Part shown: piece by piece, positions 30,053-40,110 of the stretch | Layout: each line of letters opens with the position of its first letter | Position numbering within the stretch: the first letter of the stretch is position 1 | Source: an uncultured Bacilli bacterium | GTDB taxonomy: Bacteria; Bacillota_I; Bacilli_A; RF39; UBA660 | Reading direction: 5' to 3' | Assembly (NCBI GenBank): GCA_947626055.1 | Contig: CANQQP010000001.1 | Span: 75,314 to 139,313 of the forward strand | DNA length: 64,000 nucleotides | Made by a program: the position numbers and the translations under genes | Notes under the pieces: model-generated | What the model saw: the letters and a program-made list of their open reading frames with translations, nothing else | Told to the model about the DNA's origin: nothing | Database searches by the model: none

Positions 30053-31519
30053 ATGAAGGCATTGTTTTTTACAGGACTAGCTGGTATAAGCTTTTTAATT
30101 TGCGGTTTTTTATTTACTGATAATGAAAATGACTCTTTAAAACAAAGTGATACCTATAATGTAACAAGCAACCAGAAAGAAAAAGTACAAGAAACAGCCA
30201 GTAATCTTAGAGAATTAAAGTATAAAAAATTGGAAACAAAATCAACTGATGAAGAAATGGTCGAACCAGTTATTTTGGTTGATAATAATCATAATAAGAT
30301 ACAAAGTACTTTTGAGGATTCTCAAGAAGCTCCTCAAATAATTAATAATTCTACACCGGAAAATGAAGAAATAATTGCTAATTTCTTGGTCGAGGAAGAA
30401 GAGGAAAATGTTCAAGATTTAATAATGAAAGAGCAGCCAAATAATTCAAGTGAAGAACATACTAAAGAAGTAAAAGAAACTATTTCTTTATTATCTAAAT
30501 CACTTGAAACAGCACAAAGTATTGATGAATTAAAACCAATTGCTAATAAATTAGATAGTTTAGATACTATTTCTTTAAAAGAAGCCGCAGTTATTCAAAA
30601 CGATTTAGAAAAAGTACAAGATGACTACCATAAGATTTTATCAGTAGATGACTTTTTAAAGAAAACAGATACTTTGTTAAGCTCTGATAAAACAAAGGAA
30701 GAAGTTGCTGATATTAAAGAAGAATATACAGAACAAAATATTGAGCAATTAATTACGAATATTCCTAATATAAATCTTAAGAATAACTATCAAGCTAAAT
30801 TAAATGAAGTTAAAAATGTCCTAACCGATAATACTGCCCCTTCATTAAACATTGGAGATAATCAAGTTATAAATGCAGATTTTCAATTAGAGATAACTGA
30901 TGATAATAATTACCAAGCTTTATTAAATGGCCAAGAGTTAACTGATTTAAACATTACGGAAAATGGTGAATACGAATTAAAAGTTATCGATGATGCTTTA
31001 AATGAAACCACAGTGCATTTTAAAATGGAAAAACCAGTTGAAGAACAACCAGAAGAAATTATTTACACTAAAATTAACGATGAGCCTCAAGAAGAAGTAA
31101 CAACTTCAACGAGATATCCAATGAATAACTGGTATTTAACTCAAGATTATAGCGGAAAAGGTGGCCATATGGGAATAGACATGGGTAGTTCCAATAAAAA
31201 AGAAGAAATATATCCGATTGCTAATGGTAAAGTAGTTTATGTAGGTCAAGATACAAATGGAGCCAATTTAGTTCAAATAATGCATGATATTAATGGAGAA
31301 CAAGTATTTTCCACTTACGCGCATATGCGAGAAGTATTTTTAAATGATGGTCAAGAAGTAACAACAAATGATCTTTTAGGCATTATGGGAGCCACTGGTA
31401 ATGCGACCGGACCTCATCTTCATTTAGAAACCGCAACATGTGCCTGGGAATATAACTGTACTTATAGTAATTATAAAAACAGCTTAGTAAGTCCATGGAC
31501 ATATTTACCACAAAATTAA
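30053..31519 (+). CDS. secreted or membrane-anchored M23 (LytM-type) metallopeptidase with a long acidic linker
   Basis: N-terminal TM, E/N/D-rich spacer, and C-terminal GGHMGIDMG ... TGPHLHLE M23 motifs. Start at ATG 30053 behind aaaggaggtg. Confidence 0.8.
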   Translation: MKALFFTGLAGISFLICGFLFTDNENDSLKQSDTYNVTSNQKEKVQETASNLRELKYKKLETKSTDEEMVEPVILVDNNHNKIQSTFEDSQEAPQIINNSTPENEEIIANFLVEEEEENVQDLIMKEQPNNSSEEHTKEVKETISLLSKSLETAQSIDELKPIANKLDSLDTISLKEAAVIQNDLEKVQDDYHKILSVDDFLKKTDTLLSSDKTKEEVADIKEEYTEQNIEQLITNIPNINLKNNYQAKLNEVKNVLTDNTAPSLNIGDNQVINADFQLEITDDNNYQALLNGQELTDLNITENGEYELKVIDDALNETTVHFKMEKPVEEQPEEIIYTKINDEPQEEVTTSTRYPMNNWYLTQDYSGKGGHMGIDMGSSNKKEEIYPIANGKVVYVGQDTNGANLVQIMHDINGEQVFSTYAHMREVFLNDGQEVTTNDLLGIMGATGNATGPHLHLETATCAWEYNCTYSNYKNSLVSPWTYLPQN

Positions 31520-31655
31520 TTTATAGCTAAATTAATAAATATTGACAATTAATCTAAATACTTCTTTAAATCATTAAATAGTAAAAATAGGACTTTCATG
31601 AAAAGAAGGAAAATATTCTTTTTTAATTTGTCATAATAAAACATTTATTATATAA

Positions 31656-33102
<1,447 letters not shown>

Positions 33103-33103
33103 A

Positions 33104-33481
33104 TTAGTTTTCCTTCTTTTTATTTATACCAATAATTGAACCAAAAATACCTCCTAAAATCAAAATGCCATAGTATAAGAATGTCGAAAGTTTTATATCT
33201 TTAGTAAAGAATATAAGACTAATTAATAAAAGTGTAAAAGATAGCATAAGACTATTTTTTAAACCACACCACCAACCTTTACTGGAAGATGTTTTTCCCT
33301 CCTTAAAACAAATAATAAAATAAATGATTAATAAAGCAATAGTATTAAAAGTATTAATAAATCCCATACTTACTGATGTAAAATAATTCATTAATGTAGA
33401 AATAAAAGCTAAAATTAAAATACCTAAAATAAAGTAGCCTACATTTTTTAAGTATCGTAAAATTTTTTCCATTAAAATCAC
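33104..33481 (-). CDS. small polytopic membrane protein
   Basis: About four predicted TM helices; no further motif. Confidence 0.55.
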   Translation of the reverse strand: MILMEKILRYLKNVGYFILGILILAFISTLMNYFTSVSMGFINTFNTIALLIIYFIICFKEGKTSSSKGWWCGLKNSLMLSFTLLLISLIFFTKDIKLSTFLYYGILILGGIFGSIIGINKKKEN

Positions 33482-33545
33482 CTAATTAATCATATGTTAT
33501 GTTTAAAATAATATGTTTTTCCCATAATAATTGTAGGTGATATAA

Positions 33546-34193
33546 ATGGAATTGTTTTCAATTATGTTTAGAACTGCTTTTTTCTATTTTTTTATTCTTC
33601 TTGCCTATAGAATTATGGGGAAAAGAGAGATTGCTCAATTAGGAATAATCGACTTAATTGTCTCCATTTTAATTGCGGAGATGGTCGCAATAAGCATCGA
33701 AAATGTTAAAGATCCAATTTTATATACTATTTTACCTATTAGTTTATTAGTTTTATTAGAATTGTTTTTAGCCTTTGTAGCAATTAAATCCCGTAAATTT
33801 CGCAATATCTTTGGCGGGAAGCCATCTTTAATTATCTGTAATGGAAAAATAAATTTTAAAGAAATGGTAAAACAAAGATATAGTATGGACGATTTACTTT
33901 TAGAACTTCGTCAAAAAGAAATTAAATCTATTGAAAATGTGGAGTATGCCTTTTTAGAACCAAATGGTAAATTATCGGTCTTTAAATACAACTTCTTAAA
34001 AATTCCTAGTAATTATCCAATGCCTATTATCGTCGATGGTCAAATTCAAGACAAAGCCCTCCATTATATACATAAAAATAAATCATGGCTAGAAAAAGTT
34101 TTAAAACAAAAAAATTTAATAATTGAAAACGTTTTTTACTGTTTTTATAAAGGAAGTAAATTATATATTATTAAACGAAGTGATTTATTATGA
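33546..34193 (+). CDS. DUF421 (YetF-like) membrane protein
   Basis: RIMGKREIAQLGIIDLIVSILIAE motif and C-terminal YetF-type soluble domain. Confidence 0.7.
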   Translation: MELFSIMFRTAFFYFFILLAYRIMGKREIAQLGIIDLIVSILIAEMVAISIENVKDPILYTILPISLLVLLELFLAFVAIKSRKFRNIFGGKPSLIICNGKINFKEMVKQRYSMDDLLLELRQKEIKSIENVEYAFLEPNGKLSVFKYNFLKIPSNYPMPIIVDGQIQDKALHYIHKNKSWLEKVLKQKNLIIENVFYCFYKGSKLYIIKRSDLL

Positions 34194-34861
34194 AAAAATT
34201 ATTTAAAGCTCTTGTCTTAGTTTTAGGAATTAGTAGTTTATTTTATATATTAGATAATAATCATAAATCTCAAAATGATTTATTGGCTTTTAAAACCGAT
34301 AATAAAAAATATATTGCCTTAACATTCGACGATGGTCCACATTATAAATATACTTCATTATTACTTGATGGTCTAAAAGAAAGAAATGTCAAAGCAACAT
34401 TCTTTGTTTTAGGATGTAATGCTGAAAAAAATTACAGTTTGTTAAAAAGAATGGCTGATGAAGGTCATTTAATAGGTAATCATACCTATTCCCATAAAAA
34501 TTTATATCGATTAAAAGAAACCAAAATAAAAGAAGAAATAGATAAGACTAACCAAATTATTGAAGCTATTACCGGCAAAATGCCGAAATATTTTCGTCCT
34601 AGTTATGGTAATTACAACGGAAAAATATTAAAACTTGCCAATATGGAAGCAATTTTATGGAATGTAGATTCTTTAGATTGGAAAATAAAAAATAGCAAAA
34701 GAATTACTTATCGAGTAATTAATAAAGTAAATGATGGTAGTATCATTTTAATGCATGATATTTATAAAAGTAGTGTAAACGCCGCCTTATTAATTATCGA
34801 TAAACTCCAACAAGAAGGATATGAATTTGTTACAGTAGAAGAGTTATTAAATATGGCCTAA
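34190..34861 (+). CDS. polysaccharide (peptidoglycan) deacetylase, NodB family
   Basis: LTFDDGPH, GNHTYSH, ILMHD motifs; N-terminal TM anchor. Confidence 0.85.
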   Translation: MKKLFKALVLVLGISSLFYILDNNHKSQNDLLAFKTDNKKYIALTFDDGPHYKYTSLLLDGLKERNVKATFFVLGCNAEKNYSLLKRMADEGHLIGNHTYSHKNLYRLKETKIKEEIDKTNQIIEAITGKMPKYFRPSYGNYNGKILKLANMEAILWNVDSLDWKIKNSKRITYRVINKVNDGSIILMHDIYKSSVNAALLIIDKLQQEGYEFVTVEELLNMA

Positions 34862-34885
34862 AATATGGTAGTTGCTTTGCAAAAT

Positions 34886-34914
34886 TTGACAATGAGTAAG
34901 ATTTGTGCTATAAT
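34886..34914 (+). promoter_or_regulatory. consensus sigma-A promoter
   Basis: TTGACA (34886-34891), 17-nt spacer, TATAAT (34909-34914). Confidence 0.75.
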
Positions 34915-34960
34915 TCTAGTATCAATGGGGATTGGTTAACGTGTAAATAGTAAATTTCTA

Positions 34961-34986
34961 AAATCCTTATTGAAAGGATTTTTTCT
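34961..34986 (+). terminator. intrinsic terminator inside the 5' leader of the lipoprotein gene
   Basis: 8-bp stem aaatcctt/aaggattt, loop attga, T-run; it ends 20 nt before the ATG at 35006. Confidence 0.7.
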
Positions 34987-35005
34987 GTTATAGGGGGAAA
35001 AGAAA

Positions 35006-35824
35006 ATGGAAAGAATAAAAAATTTAAAAATTAATTTGAAAAAGACAATATCAGTTTTATTAACAACCACAGTATTATCAACATTAGCTGGTTGTTGTTT
35101 TGAAAATCATGAAGAAAAAATTGAAAATCAAAATAAAACTATTAGTTCGTTGGAACAAGAAAAAGCAAATTTAGAACAAGAAAAGGCAAACCTTCAAGAA
35201 CAACTTAATCAATTAAAAGAAGCACCTCAACCAACAGCTATACCAGAATCAAATACTTCATATAATAATCAAGAATCAATCTCATCTAACTTAATTGATT
35301 TATATAGTACTTATAGTTGTGTTGGTGACGAGTTTAAATCATTAACTGGGGATATCTGTAGAAGAATTAGGAAACATGGTGATGATGTGTATGCAAGTGG
35401 AATATATAATGTAACAAAAAACAGAATTGATTTACCATGCAAAACCTATGATTACATTAGTAAAGAATATAAATCAGCAACTGGGGATATCTGTAGAAAA
35501 ATTAGTGTTCCTTATGATGGTGACGGTTACGGTTTTATATATGGAATATATAATGTAACAAAAAATAGAATTGATATACCATGCAAAACCTATGATTACA
35601 TTAGTGATGCATATAAATCATTAACTGGGGATATCTGTAAAAGGATTAGTGTTCCTTATGATGAAGGATTTGCGAAAGGGGTATATAATGTAACAAAAAA
35701 CAGAATTGATGTACCGTGTAAAACTTATGAAAAAATTGAAGAAGTAGAAGCCGGAATCTATCAATGTATTACTCAAAATGGGCAAATAAAGATTTATAAT
35801 TACACAAATAGTCAAAAAAATTAA
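35006..35824 (+). CDS. lipoprotein with three Cys-containing tandem repeats
   Basis: Lipobox LAGC; EQEKANL x2 coiled coil; three copies of TGDICR.I....GIYNVTKNRID.PCKTY. Confidence 0.75.
   Translation: MERIKNLKINLKKTISVLLTTTVLSTLAGCCFENHEEKIENQNKTISSLEQEKANLEQEKANLQEQLNQLKEAPQPTAIPESNTSYNNQESISSNLIDLYSTYSCVGDEFKSLTGDICRRIRKHGDDVYASGIYNVTKNRIDLPCKTYDYISKEYKSATGDICRKISVPYDGDGYGFIYGIYNVTKNRIDIPCKTYDYISDAYKSLTGDICKRISVPYDEGFAKGVYNVTKNRIDVPCKTYEKIEEVEAGIYQCITQNGQIKIYNYTNSQKN
35336..35730 (+). repeat. three tandem in-frame repeats of 135-144 nt inside the lipoprotein gene
   Basis: Units start at 35336, 35471 and 35615 (aaatca..actggggatatctgta...). A separate 21-nt x2 repeat lies at 35151-35192. 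Confidence 0.85.
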
Positions 35825-35897
35825 AAAGTCCTAAATTTGCAAAATTTCCTTATTTATGATAAAATATGCTTACTCTATTAAAAAAGAGAGGAAATTA

Positions 35898-36785
35898 ATG
35901 ATGAAACTATTTAGAAATCCTTATTTAATTAAAATAGGGAAGATAATGGCAGTCTTTATTTTAACAATCTTAATAAGTGGAGCAAGTATAAAACATATGG
36001 CTATTCAATCCGAAACTCATATTGATTCAAAATATCTAGCAGAATCAAATAATAGCCAAGTTGATTTACTGTTAAAAGAAGAAGAAAAAAATAATATAGA
36101 TAATTTTATTAATAATAATGAAGAACAAATTCGCTTTTTTGCTAATATGTTTGGGATAGACTATGAGATTGCTATTGCCAAAATAAGAGAAATAAATATT
36201 GATCCTAATACATTTAACGAAAATAATATAGGTTTAATTAGAGATTTTGACGGTAATATTATTAATTATAATTCCGTTGATCGGGGAATTTTAGAGTTTT
36301 TTAGCTTTTTAGACAATTCTTTCCCTGAATTAGTTAATAATTCTTACCGCCCAGGTCCTAATAATCCTGAATATGTTGAAGCCCTTATTCAATATTTTAG
36401 TACTTTATACAATAATGTTGACCATAAATTAATGCTAAGTATTGGAGCTGCTGAAAGTGGTTATTATACAGCTAGAACTATGCTTTATAAAAATAATATT
36501 TATGGAGGAATGGGTTCTAATGGTCTAATCCAATATAAAAATATTGAATATGGTGTATGGCAATACATCAAAAAAATGTCTGAACAATATTATGATAAAG
36601 GATTAAACACTATTGAAAGTATTGGTTATGTTTTTTGCCCACAAATGATTAATGGTATTAAAACTGTTAGTTCTCATTGGGTAAGCCTAGTTACTAAGGC
36701 AATGGAAACCTACACATATGATATTAGATATGTAAGTATTTCGCAACTCAATGATTTAGTCAATAATGAAATTAATGAAATATAA
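35898..36785 (+). CDS. membrane-anchored GH73-like (glucosaminidase-type) cell-wall hydrolase
   Basis: TM anchor; SIGAAESGYY (catalytic Glu context) and NNIYGGMG blocks resemble the LytD/FlgJ glucosaminidase domain. Start moved to ATG 35898 behind agagagg, because a -10 box overlaps the 35856 start. Confidence 0.5.
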   Translation: MMKLFRNPYLIKIGKIMAVFILTILISGASIKHMAIQSETHIDSKYLAESNNSQVDLLLKEEEKNNIDNFINNNEEQIRFFANMFGIDYEIAIAKIREINIDPNTFNENNIGLIRDFDGNIINYNSVDRGILEFFSFLDNSFPELVNNSYRPGPNNPEYVEALIQYFSTLYNNVDHKLMLSIGAAESGYYTARTMLYKNNIYGGMGSNGLIQYKNIEYGVWQYIKKMSEQYYDKGLNTIESIGYVFCPQMINGIKTVSSHWVSLVTKAMETYTYDIRYVSISQLNDLVNNEINEI

Positions 36786-36852
36786 AGGAAATAGCTTTGA
36801 ATATTTCTTTTTTTATGTTATAATCTTTTTATAATAAAGAGGAGTTGAAAAT

Positions 36853-38703
36853 ATGTTTGGGAACATCAAATATATTAGTGATAATGAAGCTCATGTTATA
36901 AATGCGGCTGGCATCAATATGAGCGGAGATTTAATGAACGTTCATGTAGTTTTTGAAGACGAAAATCAACATGTATTAGGAGAAGTTACAGAAGTTAATG
37001 AAGAAATTATTAAAATTCGCTTTCTAGGAGAATTTCAAAATGGTCATTACGTAAGTGGTGTTATTAGAAAGCCCAAATTATCTTCTAAAATCCGTGTTAT
37101 AAATGAAGGAGAGCTTTCCGAATTAATGGGAACTGATGGAGCGTCATCTTTTCTTCTTGGTACAAGTTCTATTTATAATGGTCAACCTGTTTATGTTGAT
37201 ATTAATCAAATGTTTGCTAATCATGCTGCCATCTTTGGTAATACAGGTAGTGGTAAATCATGCGGTGTTGCAAGATTAATCCAAAATATTTTTAGAAATA
37301 AAAATATGGTTCCATACAATGCTAATTTATTTATTTTTGATGCCTATGGTGAATATAAAACAGCTTTTAGAAATATAAATCAAATAAATCCATATTTTAG
37401 TTATAAATTTATAACATCTAATCCTATTGATCCTGAAGATGTTCCTTTGAGAATACCTCCATATTTACTAAATTTAGACGATTGGTCATTATTCTTACAA
37501 GCTGATTCCCATAGTCAAATTCCTATTATTGAAAGAACTTTAAAACTTGCAAAGATTTTTTCTAAAAATGACGAATTAGCTATAAAATATAAAAATCACT
37601 TAATTGCTAAAGCTTTATTAGCTGTCTTATTTTCCAATCAAACAACTTCTCATAAAAAAAATGAAATATTTACAATTATCGAAGCTTGTAATACCCCTGA
37701 ATTTAATTTTGATACCCAAATTCAAGGGCTAGGTTATACGCGAGTTTTCAGTGAATGCTTTGAAATAGATTCTAATGGAAATTTTGGAGAAAGTGTTTTA
37801 ATTACTGAATATATCTTAAAACATATTGATGATAGCCTAGAAGGAACACCAGAACCAAACGATGCTTTCTATACATTAATCGATTTTAGTAAAGCCATGG
37901 AATTTACTTTAATTTCCGAAGGATTTCAAAATAACCAACAAGTATATGATGATGCAATGTTATTAAAAGTTAGACTTAATTCCGTAATTAATAGTAAAGT
38001 AGGTTCATTCTTTTCCTACGATAAACCAATTTCTATGGAAGGATATATCTCTTCCTTAGTAGCAGTAGGACAAAATAAAAAAGCTCAAATTATCAATATT
38101 AATCTGGAAGATGTTGATGATACTTATGCTAAAGTTATAGTTAAAATTATTGCTAGATTTTGTTTTGAATTTGCGAAATCAAGAAAAGAAAGAGCTTCTA
38201 TACCATTCAATCTATTTGTAGAAGAAGCCCATAGATATATCCAAAAAGATACAGATACTTTCTTAATAGGTTATAATATATTTGATCGTATTGCCAAAGA
38301 AGGACGTAAATATGGCGTATTATTAGATATTATTACGCAAAGACCTGTTGAGCTATCTGATACGGTTATTGCTCAATGTTCAAACTTCTTAATCTTTAAA
38401 ATGACCCACCCATTAGATATTGAATATATTAGTAAAATGTTACCTAATATCTCGGCTGATGTTTTAGATAAACAAAAAGTTTTACAACCTGGTAACTGCG
38501 TAGGCTTTGGTAGTGCCTTTAAAATTAATATGATTATCAAAATGGAAATGCCAAATCCTAGTCCATATAGTAATTCTTGTGATGTTTCAGCTAGATGGAA
38601 ATTACCTAATCAAGGTGTAACGGTCCAAGCTGGTGCCGCAAACTCTTCAGCAACTAGCTCATCGAGTCCAGTAGGAATAATAAATCCCGTAATGCCGCAA
38701 TAA
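36853..38703 (+). CDS. HerA/DUF87-like hexameric ATPase, stand-alone
   Basis: N-terminal barrel region, Walker A IFGNTGSGKSCG, Walker B LFVEEAHRY, GRKYGVLLDIITQRP; S/A-rich tail. Confidence 0.7.
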   Translation: MFGNIKYISDNEAHVINAAGINMSGDLMNVHVVFEDENQHVLGEVTEVNEEIIKIRFLGEFQNGHYVSGVIRKPKLSSKIRVINEGELSELMGTDGASSFLLGTSSIYNGQPVYVDINQMFANHAAIFGNTGSGKSCGVARLIQNIFRNKNMVPYNANLFIFDAYGEYKTAFRNINQINPYFSYKFITSNPIDPEDVPLRIPPYLLNLDDWSLFLQADSHSQIPIIERTLKLAKIFSKNDELAIKYKNHLIAKALLAVLFSNQTTSHKKNEIFTIIEACNTPEFNFDTQIQGLGYTRVFSECFEIDSNGNFGESVLITEYILKHIDDSLEGTPEPNDAFYTLIDFSKAMEFTLISEGFQNNQQVYDDAMLLKVRLNSVINSKVGSFFSYDKPISMEGYISSLVAVGQNKKAQIININLEDVDDTYAKVIVKIIARFCFEFAKSRKERASIPFNLFVEEAHRYIQKDTDTFLIGYNIFDRIAKEGRKYGVLLDIITQRPVELSDTVIAQCSNFLIFKMTHPLDIEYISKMLPNISADVLDKQKVLQPGNCVGFGSAFKINMIIKMEMPNPSPYSNSCDVSARWKLPNQGVTVQAGAANSSATSSSSPVGIINPVMPQ

Positions 38704-38706
38704 ATA

Positions 38707-38736
38707 TTGTATAATTTCTAAATAGTGTGATATAAT
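38707..38736 (+). promoter_or_regulatory. extended -10 promoter for the RNA candidate
   Basis: TTGTAT, 18-nt spacer containing TGa, then TATAAT (38731-38736). Confidence 0.55.
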
Positions 38737-38742
38737 AAAAGT

Positions 38743-38919
38743 ACCTAGAGTAATAGTTTGTTTTATATAAAACCGACTAAGTGATACATTGGGAATCTAA
38801 TTACATTTCGGTGTAGAAGACTGAGCCATTAAGTGATTCAGGATCCTAAAGATTTGTATGTGATGCCCACCTCGCGTGAGCGGGTTTTTATCACAGCAAG
38901 CTATTATTTCTAGGTTTTT
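38743..38919 (+). ncRNA. ssrS: structured RNA of about 175 nt, candidate 6S RNA
   Basis: The 5' segment 38743-38775 pairs with the 3' segment 38881-38915: accuagaguaauaguuug with caagcuauuauuucuaggu, then aaaacc with gguuuu. It starts about 7 nt after the -10 box and ends in a U-run. The internal region can form a bubble plus an apical stem. The position directly upstream of tcdA (yrvM) matches B. subtilis bsrA (6S-1). Confidence 0.5.
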
Positions 38920-38932
38920 ATGTGGTGATTTT

Positions 38933-39625
38933 ATGAGAAGATTTGCAAGATTTCAATTATTAATAAACGATAAGATGTTTAAGAAAATTAAAAATACAAC
39001 AGTAGCTCTTATTGGGGTTGGCGGAGTAGGGGGATATGCTTTAGAAGCTCTTGTCCGTTCGGGAGTAAGTAATATAATTATTATAGACAATGATAAAATA
39101 GATATTACTAATCTAAATAGGCAGATTATTGCCTTAGAAAATAATATTGGTCAATCTAAAGTAGATGTTGCTAAAACTCGAGTCTTAGCAATTAATCCCG
39201 AAGTTAATATTACCTGCTACGAAACTTTCTTATTAGATAATAATTTAGATTTATTAGATAATTTTTCTCTTGATTATATAATTGATGCTTGTGATACCAT
39301 AACAACGAAAATAGCTTTGATTAAATATGCCAAGGCTAAAAAAATAAAAATAATTTCTTCTATGGGTACAGGTAAAAGGTTAGATGCTACCAAATTGACA
39401 ATTACTACTTTAGACAAAACTCAAAATGATCCAATTGCTAAAATATTACGTAAAAAACTCAAAGAATTGAATATATCCTTAAAAATACCAGTGATTTGGA
39501 GTAAAGAACTTCCTTTAAAAATAACAAGTAAGGAAATACCTAGCTGCTCATATGTTCCCGGTGTAGCTGGGCTTTATATAGCAAATTATATAATTAATGA
39601 CATTATAAAATCCTCTAATCATTAG
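38933..39625 (+). CDS. tcdA: tRNA threonylcarbamoyladenosine dehydratase (ThiF-family, TcdA/YrvM-like)
   Basis: VALIGVGGVGGYALEALVRSGV, IDNDKIDITNLNRQI. Start at ATG 38933 by comparison with the YrvM N-terminus, with a ggtga RBS. Confidence 0.8.
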   Translation: MRRFARFQLLINDKMFKKIKNTTVALIGVGGVGGYALEALVRSGVSNIIIIDNDKIDITNLNRQIIALENNIGQSKVDVAKTRVLAINPEVNITCYETFLLDNNLDLLDNFSLDYIIDACDTITTKIALIKYAKAKKIKIISSMGTGKRLDATKLTITTLDKTQNDPIAKILRKKLKELNISLKIPVIWSKELPLKITSKEIPSCSYVPGVAGLYIANYIINDIIKSSNH

Positions 39626-40068
39626 AGGATTGATTTATTTAAGATTCTTAAAACTGAATCTTTTTTTCGATTTAAGAAATAACTATGATATTTCTTAATA
39701 ATTTTATCTAATTCTTCTATTTGGATATTAGATAATTCTTGATAAAGTAAATTTATTTCTGCTAAATTAAAGTGATATTTTAACTTACGATATTCATTAG
39801 CTTCTTTTAATCCTTGCTTTAACAGAGTTCTTTCTAATTCATTATAATTACGATTTAAATATTCTAGCTTAGGAATATGAAATAAGAGTAAATCAATTGG
39901 AGCAATAACTAAATCATCATTATCATAAAATTCTTCTTTTTTACCAACGGGACATAATGAGGGATAAACATATAACAAGTCTTGATATTCTAAAAGTAAA
40001 TATAAATAATTAGAGAAACTTTTCATATAGAAAAAATAAATACTATTTCGATCATATTCTTCGTTCAT
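39622..40068 (-). CDS. hypothetical protein, 148 aa
   Basis: ORF downstream of gpsA; its stop overlaps the tcdA stop by 4 nt. Confidence 0.5.
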   Translation of the reverse strand: MNEEYDRNSIYFFYMKSFSNYLYLLLEYQDLLYVYPSLCPVGKKEEFYDNDDLVIAPIDLLLFHIPKLEYLNRNYNELERTLLKQGLKEANEYRKLKYHFNLAEINLLYQELSNIQIEELDKIIKKYHSYFLNRKKDSVLRILNKSIL

Positions 40069-40110
40069 TGTATCACCAATAAATTATATGTGATATAACG
40101 AAAAATAGAC

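Noticed and set aside
38866-38890. A local hairpin, gcccac...gcgggt, with a T-run. It could be read as a simple terminator of the HerA-like gene or as an attenuator for tcdA.
   Set aside because: The stem has a mismatch and a G-U pair. The same nucleotides take part in a much longer helix with 38767-38775, so I treat it as part of the 6S-like RNA instead.
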